Source: the human T2T-CHM13v2.0 reference genome, Homo sapiens
DNA length: 64,000 nucleotides
Assembly: GCF_009914755.1 (NCBI RefSeq)
Contig: NC_060941.1
Direction: 5' to 3' (one strand)
Below the pieces are notes generated by a model. The model worked only from the letters and a program-made list of their open reading frames with translations, was not told the DNA's origin and did not search any database. The position numbers and the translations under genes were made by a program. Positions within the stretch are counted from its first letter, which is position 1; each line of letters begins with the position of its first letter. This document shows, in pieces, positions 48,371 through 64,000 of the stretch.

Positions 48371-48939
48371 TTAAACACATATTGTTTTGTGTAATAACTG
48401 GACTTTGAGGAATTTATTGAGTTAGTGCAATTGTAAGAAAATAGAAACCTAAAGTCCATCAAAAAGGAATTCGTTAAATAAATCATGATACTTTCAAACA
48501 ACAGACTATATACAGTTGAAAAAAATAATGTCTACAATATATTAAGTGAAAAATGCACAATGCAAAACTATAAATAGCATAACCTCATCTTTATAAAAAG
48601 TATACTTTTATACAAATATATCTACAGCTTTTCCCTGTGCCATACACACACACACACACACACACACAAATAGCTGAAAGGTTATTCGCCAAATTGCTAA
48701 CAGTAGTTATTGTTGAGAAAGAATGGGAATACAGATGATTTTCACTTTCTATGTTGTCTTTTGTTTTTATAACAAGAATCACTGCTTGTATAGAGGAAAT
48801 ACTGGATGCGTTTATTAAACTCCTACAAGGGACTGAAATCAGAATAGATAAAAGATATTATAAAATTAGGAGGAATTAAGAAGTTATACTAGTATTTAAA
48901 ATCAAATTAAAAGCTAGCTTTGATAAAACAAATTTTTAC

Positions 48940-49249
48940 CTAATATTTTTCAACTGAGATTCCACTTCGTCAGCATACATAGTCATTTTCATGCTTTTCT
49001 TTGGTGAAGGCGTGGAAATCATTTTCAGTTCTAGATCATAGTCCATTTCATCTGAGTCTGAGCTGCTGGCACTGGATCGTCTAGACGCGCTCCGCTCCCG
49101 GGGCTGCTTGAGAGCCGGGAGCTCCTCGTGGTACTCTACCACCACTCTGTCATCTGCATCCATGTCCTGGTCTTCTTCTTCCTCTTCCTCTTCCTCCTCC
49201 TCCTCCTCTTCCTCCTCTTCAATGGGTTCCTCGGGAACATTCACTAGCC
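48940..49249 (-). CDS. NCBP3: NCBP3 coding exon (presumed 10) with poly-Glu tract: (G)LVNVPEEPIE16DQDM...SQLKNI(R)
   Basis: tttcttcAG acceptor, AG|GTAAAA donor, 310 nt; matches ORF 48936..49244. Confidence 0.96.
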
Positions 49250-49479
49250 CTGAAGAAATTTAACCAGAAAACATTAGGAAAAGCACTAAAATTAACAAGT
49301 ATGATTTTCTACTCTACATCGGTGACCTTTTTAAAAGGTGGGGTTCCCATCCCTGACATTTTATTGGAGCACTATCTATAATAGTGCCAAATGGACATTA
49401 CTCTGATACTGCAACAGGAGGATGGCTAGGTAAAGTATGATGCAGCAGCCTAACCAAATACCATAAAGTCATTTAAAAT

Positions 49480-50392
<913 letters not shown>

Positions 50393-50801
50393 GAAAAATA
50401 CAATAAACGAAAGAAGTAGAATATAAAGTACATGTTCCCAAGAGTTATACTATTTATTATGAAAACAAATGGGAAAAATGTAAGATGAACTCAGTCATCA
50501 TACAGGGTACTAGAAATAGGGGCAATTTGCTTTTTAATTTCCTTAATATGGATATAAAAAGTATATGATGAAAATATTTTAAAGTAACTCAAATTGGAGA
50601 AGTGTAACTGTGTAACAGTAAAGTATGTGTATTATTATTATTATTTTGAGACAAAGTCTTGCTCTGTCGCCCAGGTTGGAATACAGTGGCACAATCTTGG
50701 CTCACTGCAGCCTTGACCTCCCAGGCTCAGGCAATCTCAGCCTCCCAAGTAGCTGGGACCACAGGTATGTGCCATCATGCCTGGTCTGGCTAATTTTTTA
50801 A

Positions 50802-50945
<144 letters not shown>

Positions 50946-51925
50946 TAGATCTCAAATATACAATTTTGTATATACACATTAAATAAAACATCCAGACTTC
51001 ATCCCTTTCTGTCCCCATTACAATGATAAATGTGTGTATATGTTATTTTGTATGCTGACTTGACTAGTTCTATTAGGCATGTAGAAGATTCCATAGATTA
51101 GGCTCAAAACAAGAACAATTCTTTATAAAACATAAATAAAATGGTTCTTTTACAATAAGCACCAAAAAAAGGAGAAAGAAACCCAAGTCATGATATCCCA
51201 CTCTTCTGAGGCATTCACATGCACAAACCAACAAGCACAAAGCACTCAACACAGCAGCCTATTTTTAATACAGAAAAAGAACAATACAATCAGTTCATCT
51301 GATAAAATAATTTCAAAAATTGTTTTTGGCTAGGCGCGGTAGCTCACACCTGTAATCCCAGCACTCTGGGAGGCCAAAGTGGGTGGAACACAAGGTCAGG
51401 AGTTCGAGACCAGCCTGGCCAACATGGTGAAACCCCATCTCTACTAAAAATACAAAAGTTAGCTGGGCATGGTGGCGCATGCCTGTAGTCCCAGCTACTC
51501 GGGAGGCTAAGGCAGGAGAATTGCTTGAATCCAGGAGGCAGAGTTGCAGTGAGCCGAGATCAAGCAATTGCACTCCAGCCTGAGAGACAGAGCGAGACTC
51601 CGTCTTAAAAAAAAAAAAAAAATTGTTTTCATGCAGCTGTTGATATTAATAGTAGAAAAATTAGGATCCTAAGGAAAGTTTTGTTTTAATTTTTCCTATG
51701 TCATATTTTGCCTTTTTTGATAGAACAGCTTTTATAAAATCATTTGACCTCTTTGGGCAACTTAAAATTAATTGTGACTTGACTTACTTTCCTATATGTT
51801 GGCAGAGGGTGAGGGCAAGGAAGAGAGGATGATAAAGTTTGGAACCTTAAAAGATTGCATTAAGAATAAAAATATGATTTCAGGAGCCAAACATGTGTCT
51901 ACCCAAGAGCTGAGCAGGCAACTAC

Positions 51926-52403
<478 letters not shown>

Positions 52404-52629
52404 TAATTCATTTCAACTACACGTTGACACAATGTTAGGTACTAACACAGATATTTTAAATGTAACTACAATTCAGCATTCCCCATCATTTACCACATCT
52501 AAGAATCTTGAATTCTTCCCTCTTGTTTTCCTTCCAGTTTACACAGGGTTTAGACATTTCACCACGGAATACCAACTGAAGGATTAAGAAAAACTCAAAT
52601 ACTATTGCATTTGAAGGTTTTGGACTCAC

Positions 52630-52729
52630 CATGAATTGCTAAGAATTCCTTTCATGCCTCCATAATTTGGATTCCCATATTTCATGTAATACTGACTTCT
52701 TCTGGCTGCTCCAAGTTCCTTTTTGTCAT
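52630..52729 (-). CDS. NCBP3: NCBP3 coding exon (presumed 8): (D)DKKELGAARRSQYYMKYGNPNYGGMKGILSNS(W)
   Basis: tttttAG acceptor, TG|GTGAGT donor, 100 nt. Confidence 0.95.
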
Positions 52730-54977
52730 CTAAAAATTAATGACAATAGTTACCTAGGATTTCCTGTGAGTGTAAAGACAATGTTGAATTTTTTTTTTAA
52801 TGTTTTCCATAGCTGGAATCAGATCAGCGCAATTTGCCAACAAAAAGTAAAAATCCACTACCAACATTCACACTCTGAGTGCCCACTACAGCAATGCAGT
52901 GTAGAGGGGATAAAGCAAAATACAGAGACGAATGAGGTTAAAACTGCTGTTTGGAGCCAGATGACTTAATGGAGAAAACAAAAATAAACAATACAAGATA
53001 CAAGGTTCCAAAAGGCATAAAAGAGCTTTAGGTCATTACAGGTACCCAGGAATCAAAAAGACTTTCTCAAAATAGTGGCATTTTTGCCACCCCATGAAAG
53101 ATGATATTCACTTCTGAAGGATCACATGCCAACAACACAGCATCAGGATTAAGGAAACAGACTACATATAATTCCATATATTTGGTAAATCATTTTTCCA
53201 GTTTATTGTGCTCCTCAAAATGGCTTAAAGAAAACAGCATAATACTATACATGTAGAATGTACTCAGCCACTCAAATGAGTCAATGTGGTAAAGATCACA
53301 TTTGTCAAGTTGAAATGTCAGTTAACAGGAAAGAAAGGTGGTCAGTCATCATAAATTTTTGTCAAAAGTAGTAATACAAAGACCTTCCACAGTTCTTGGA
53401 CACTCTGACTGTAAAGAACAAACACCACTGTAAATATATCCAGGGCTGTAGGTAAACGTGACAACACAAACCAGTATGTATAGCCCCCAACCCCCGAACC
53501 CCTCAAACCATGCCCACCAGCTCCTTGGAGAAATGGCTGATTCCAGATGTGGAGCAGGTAAGATGCAAAATGAGTCTGGAAAAGCAAGATGTTTTGTTGT
53601 GCCATAAAGAAAGAAAGTGCTTAAAGAATCATGGAGTATGTCAAAACAGCTTGAAGGGGCTCTACTGGCCAAATCCAAGACAATTTGTAAATTAAAATAC
53701 TGATATTAGGCTGGGCGCGATGGCTCACGCCTGTAATCCCAGTACTTTGGGAGGCTGAGGCGGGCGGATCACAAGGTCAAGAGATCGAGACCATCCTGGC
53801 CAACATGGTGAACCCCATCTCTACTAAAAATACAAAAATTAGCTGGGCATGGTGGCATGCACCTGTAGTCCCAGCTACTAGGGAAGCTGAGACAGGAGAA
53901 TTGCTTGAACCCAGGAGGCAGAGGTTGCAGGGAGGCAGAGGTTGCAGGGAGGCAGCGGTTGCAGTGAGCCAAGATCGCGCCACTGCACTCCAGCCTGGTG
54001 ACAGAGCAACACTCCGTCTCAAAACAAACAAAAAAATAAATAAAATTAAATACTGATATCCATGGATGATAACCCACTGAATAAAGAATCCATGATTCTA
54101 AACTGATGTAAATAAACAAACAGGTAAAAACAGAAGGCTCTTCCTTAGAGCACCTGTCTACTGGTAAAGAAATGACATAGTCAGAAAGGCATGAAGCTCT
54201 GATGAGCAAGAGGCTATTTACGTGATCTCAAAGTATCTGCCCACCAATTTTTTATTTTAATCATTTTTTTATTTTTTAAAATAGGGATGAGGTCTTGCTA
54301 TGTTGCCTAGCCTGGTCTCGAACTCCTGGGCTCAAGTGATCCTTCTGCCTCAGCATCCCAAAGTGTTGCAATTACAGGCACGAGCCACTGTAACCAGCCA
54401 GCCCACCAATTTTTAAATTACAAATGGAAGAATAGCAACTTTACAGTGGAAAAACCTAGTGATGATTACCTTAACCAAGTGAATAAAGTGAACGTCCCTA
54501 GGACTGGGACGAGTAAGTATCCAGGGCCTCCTGACATGATGCTCTGGAAATGACATGACATCGCTTCTGTGGCACGCCTGTCTCAAATGCACAACCCAAA
54601 TTCAATCAGGAGGAATCATCAGACAAACCCAAACTGAGGGACATTGTATAAAATAGTAAACCTATATTCTTGGAAAACATGGGAGGATAGAAGTAGTTTC
54701 AGCTTAAGGGGGACTAAGGAAACATTACATACTTACACACTCAGTCCTGGATGGATCCTAGACCTGGGGCTGGGCGGGGAATATATAAAGGACATTATTG
54801 GAACAACTGACAAAATTTGAAAATCGACTACGGATTAGGTAACAGTACTGTATTAATGTTAAATTTCTTGATTTTGTTAAGTGTGCTATGTATAAAACAA
54901 TGTTCTTATTCTTTGGAATACATTTAGGGGTGATGGGTTTTTATCTTCAACTAACTCTCAAATGATTAAAAAAACCA

Positions 54978-55206
54978 ATATGTGTATATGTGTATAATAC
55001 ATATACATACATACATACATACACACACACATACACACACACATACACATACACACACATATACATACACACACATACATATATACACATACACATACAT
55101 ACATATACATACATACACATGCATACATACACACATACACGCGATACATACATACATATACATATATACACATACATACACATACATATATACACATACA
55201 CACACA
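54978..55206. repeat. Degenerate (CA)/(CATA)n microsatellite
   Basis: Directly visible. Confidence 0.92.
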
Positions 55207-55618
55207 TTTTTAAATGCCCACCAAAAGTCACCATGTGTAAACAATCTTATGAGAAGGGAATTAGAACCGAATGGTACACTGGCAATGTTCAGGAGGACGT
55301 TGCTGTAATAAATAAAGTTTCATTTGAAAGTTTTCATAATTCAGATGGTAACTGGCTGAAAATATATGAGGCAAACCAGTTTCAACAGAAAATAACTTTA
55401 GCCAGAAGTCACAGAAATATACAAATAGTTAATATTCACTTTTAAAGTCAGAAATTCCAACTCAGGTGGCAAGCAATTATTTCATAAGCGCAGAATATTA
55501 TAGTTTGAAGGGAACTTTGAGATTACTTGATCTAACTTCTATTCAAAAAAGAAGGATGTCACTCCATAATAAATCATTTTGATTGAAAATATAAAACAAT
55601 ACCAAATATTACATTTAC

Positions 55619-55727
55619 CTTTTGTAGCAAATCTCATGAATAACCTATTTCCTTTAGCAAGTTTGTTAGCTGGACGAAGATCGTTTCTTAACAAAGACTC
55701 CTCTTCTACCTGAGACAACGTATCCAA
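55619..55727 (-). CDS. NCBP3: NCBP3 coding exon (presumed 7): LDTLSQVEEESLLRNDLRPANKLAKGNRLFMRFATK(D)
   Basis: ttctttcttaAG acceptor, G|GTAAAT donor, 109 nt; matches ORF 55539..55727. Confidence 0.95.
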
Positions 55728-56443
55728 CTTAAGAAAGAAGAGTATTTTTAATATAAAAATTAAAGTCCTTTTGATATTTCTTCAGTAGTAAAGCTACCAT
55801 TAAGAAAAGCATTCTACCTTTAATACTTACAAGCATTATAGCACTAGTTCCGCTGTAGAATTTCTAACTCAGAGATTTCCCCTGCCCACCTTGTCTAAAA
55901 GAACAGTCTCCATCATTCTCTATCCCCTACTCTTTTCACAACACTCATTGCCACCTGACACAGTATGAGATATCTGTGCATCAGTGTATCCTCTGCACTC
56001 CCCACTAGAATGCAGGCTCCGAGAGGGCCAGGACTTTGTTTTGCTTGAAGCTATATCCCTAGCACTTAGAATATGGTATATAATAGGTACTCAGTAAATA
56101 TTTTTTAAATGAATGCATGTTAATATTTTTAACAACAGTACATAATCCATTAGGAAGTATGCCATTACTTGCTGTTTCTTCATTTTACTAATTAGATAAC
56201 ACTTCAAAGTATTTCTCAATAAAACTATTTTCTTTTTTTGTAGAAGCATAAGCACTATTCTAAGATTTCAAGGTGAATCGCTATATCCACACTAACTTAA
56301 AGGACAAGAGCCTGGTGCACCCTCAGAAGGTCTAATGGTGAAAGCTAGAGAAAAAACGTAACTAAGTCTTTAAGGCTTAAGTTAAAAAGACAGTGAGCAA
56401 TTTTTTACAATAACTTTACATCTATCTTTCCCCTATTACTAAC

Positions 56444-56520
56444 CTCTACATCACTTGAGTTCTCATCTTCAACCTCTCCTTCTTCAGCTTCATCATCATC
56501 TGAACTGTCTTCCTGCTTGT
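56444..56520 (-). CDS. NCBP3: NCBP3 coding exon (presumed 6): (D)KQEDSSDDDEAEEGEVEDENSSDVE
   Basis: cattttAG acceptor, GAG|GTTAGT donor, 77 nt. Confidence 0.93.
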
Positions 56521-56763
56521 CTAAAATGGAATGTGAAGGACAAGATGAAACAAGATAAAATATTTCATATAATGAGATACAAGATGAACTATCTCATATA
56601 ATTTTAAAAGTCCAGTATTTTCTCCTATTTCCTGATGATCTCAAGCATCATAGATTAGTTCAGAAACACTTGGTGATGAGATGCTATATAGAGCTCTGCT
56701 CAGAAACAGGACTGTGTAAAGAAGAGGACTTTCAGACCCCAGTTCCCTCCTTTGTGTTGTTAC

Positions 56764-56892
56764 CTTTTTTCCTTTTCTCAGCTGACTTGTCCTCACTGGC
56801 ATCCCTGCTTCTGATCTTATCCTGTGCAGGCAGGGAGCTCATATTGATAAGTGCTCGTGTGGCTGTCATTTCATCCAGCCAAACTACATTAC
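56764..56892 (-). CDS. NCBP3: NCBP3 coding exon (presumed 5): (C)NVVWLDEMTATRALINMSSLPAQDKIRSRDASEDKSAEKRKK(D)
   Basis: attttAG acceptor, G|GTAACA donor, 129 nt, phase 1-1, frame continuous. Confidence 0.95.
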
Positions 56893-57040
56893 CTAAAATA
56901 AAATGTAAAATAAGACATTACACAGCATGGAAATGGTAAGCTTCTTGAGAGCAGATTCTGCATCGCATTCATCACTACAGCCTCATCTAGCAACAGATTA
57001 TCATCAGTAAATATACAAACCAACTAATGAAGAGAAATAT

Positions 57041-59080
<2,040 letters not shown>

Positions 59081-59915
59081 GATAGTGTAAGTTAAACAGA
59101 AAGAAAACAGGAGAAAAATGTTTCACTCAGTCATGTTTGTCTTTCAATGAAAACATCTTCCTACGAGAGCAGCTAAGAAAACCGGCTGCCATCTAGGGTG
59201 CTACCCAGCAGGTCAGCCAGCTGGCAGCAAGTAAAGCCAGACTAGAAGTAAGTCAAGACAAGAAGCCAGCAAAGCAGTAACAAGAGGTCAGGCCAGACTT
59301 ACAGTAAGCAGGCAAGTTAAAAATTACAGTTGGCCCACAAGTTGGAAAGCTCATGGGTCAGGGCAAGCAGGTGACATTCTAGAACACACAGTTCAAGGCA
59401 AGCAGAAATGAGAAGTCTAGTAGAGTGTTTAGCTCTAGGTCATTCTGTCTATTCAGAATGACACTCTGTCCAGTGTCTATTCTGGTCTATCTCTAGGTCA
59501 GAGACACAGGCAGAGTCAGCCCTCTGAGTAACAGTACAGAAGGCAGTAATGACAAAGTCCAAGGCTCTGAAAATGCAGCCCCAAGTCTACGCAGTTGGAT
59601 CCTCTCCTTTGTTGGGAAAAGGTGAGTGTTAAAGAGGCCTCAATCAACTACGGCAGATTCAGAGGCCAGTAACCCACCTCCTAGAGCCCTGGCCACCACC
59701 TCTCAGCTGACGTGGGACACTATGGGGTATGAGCTGGCAGACTGGCAAGGGCATGCTGCGTTTCACTGCTCGACAATTTTTTCTCTCCTGGACTAACAGC
59801 AGAAGTTCGGCATAAACAAGTAGTATGGGCCAGAACCATTCACCATCTCTGATGGCAAGAACTCTTGAAAAATCATCAACAAAAGCATATTCACAGGAAA
59901 CTCGGGTGTACTTAC

Positions 59916-60041
59916 AGGAGGTATCATCCAACCATTCGATGTGAGCTGGAGGATATTCTTTAAAATAGGAAAAGACATCTTGGGTGCTCATCTCATCTAC
60001 TCCGCAAATATAGATTGTCTCCAGTCTCACCTTGGGGATTG
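59916..60041 (-). CDS. NCBP3: NCBP3 coding exon (presumed exon 4): (A)IPKVRLETIYICGVDEMSTQDVFSYFKEYPPAHIEWLDDTS(C), RRM-like cap-binding domain
   Basis: tctttctAG acceptor, T|GTAAGT donor, 126 nt; peptide recognised as NCBP3; upstream exons lie beyond the window. Confidence 0.95.
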
Positions 60042-61222
60042 CTAGAAAGACAAGACACAGAAAAGATGATAGAATTTTCCTGTCCGCAACTGCACATCCC
60101 ATCCACACTCCTTCCTAATAGTTCAGACAACACGAGTTTAGAAAGAAACATGCTGAGAGAAACTATAATTATTTCAAAAGAGCACGAGACATAACAGTAA
60201 GGTAAACTATCTTAATTTTTATCACTCAACGACAGCATTAATTCAGAACAGGCCTATCAGGCTCAGAAAGATTAAACAAAGGGTGTTGATAAAATACACG
60301 ATACCTCTCCCCACATTAATCTGTAGCAATCAGAGCACTATCAAGCTCAACAGGAGTATTTGTTGAAGTTAGCCAGCTGCTTCTAAAATTTTTAAATGTA
60401 TGTTAAAGAGAAACGCGCAGTAGTGGAGACAATTCTGAAAGAGAAGAGATGCTGCCCGTGACTATGTCAAAGCATGAAACTAAAGAGATGCTACAAGTCA
60501 ATTAAGAAGAAAAAGACAACCCAAAATAAAAATGGGCAAAGGACATGAGTAAGCAATTTACATAAAAGGAAATACAAAAGGCCAATAAATATATGAGGAG
60601 ATGGGTTGACCTCACTACCAATCATTAACATGCACATGAAAACAAGAAGACACCAGTTTTCACGGACCAGATTTTACACCTTATTTTTCCTGCGTCTCTG
60701 GTCCTTGAATCGAGATATCTTACATCTTTTAGTGTGAAGTGCTGGCAGTAAGTAGGGGAAAGGCTTACTTCCCCGGCTGGTGGGCATCGTCACTGCGGAG
60801 GGCAAATGGAAGGGTCTGCAGAAAACGTGATTTTGCACGTGCCCTACGGACCTAGGAACTCCAGTCCTCAGTATCGCCCCTCAACAAACACATACATGTG
60901 GGCTCACGAAGTAGCTCACACGAAGATGTTTGCTAAGGCACGATTTCTAATAACCCAGTAGTTACCAGGGTAATAAATTATGCTTTATCCACATTATAAA
61001 ATATTATGTGGTAAAAAATGAGATAATTATATACCACAGAAAGATTCTAAGATGTATCACAGAGTGAAAAAACAAGTTGTAAAAAATTACATGCAAGGTG
61101 ATGACATTAAACAATACCATACATTTACTAAGGGTACATATTTATGTACACAGACACCCAGAAAAGGCCAATATGAGTCACACTGATAACTGCTGTTACT
61201 TCTGAGGAGGCAGAAAGGTTGA

Positions 61223-64000
<2,778 letters not shown>

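Noticed and set aside
54947-55445. CVYV/HTYT-rich ORFs
   Set aside because: Microsatellite artefact

Overview
Human (primate) genomic DNA, very Alu-dense, from the ITGAE/NCBP3 locus (17p13.2 by recollection). Both genes are on the minus strand in tandem. The right half holds the last ten coding exons of NCBP3 (nuclear cap-binding subunit 3, C17orf85; 60041 down to the stop at 43721). All ten have GT-AG boundaries and join in one frame. They are followed by a very long 3' region with at least three AATAAA clusters (42240, 37439/37474, 32854). About 1 kb past the last one, ITGAE (integrin alpha-E, CD103) begins: exon 1 CDS 31821-31788, a 23.5-kb intron 1, exon 2 at 8274-8154, and intron 2 running off the left edge. 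Nearly all other ORFs in the track come from Alu, L1 or microsatellite sequence. I see no new gene family or self-contained novel system. The most unusual items are: (i) a ~185-bp inverted copy of nearby unique intronic sequence inserted inside an Alu; (ii) clustered and tandemly duplicated RUNX/SMAD/AP-1 motifs in ITGAE intron 1; (iii) phase compatibility that would make an NCBP3-penultimate-exon to ITGAE-exon-2 read-through chimera in frame; (iv) inverted Alus confined to the longest NCBP3 3'UTR; (v) a 235-bp pure A/T palindromic minisatellite. Repeat family names and boundaries are by eye and approximate. Gene identities come from recognising the translated peptides.
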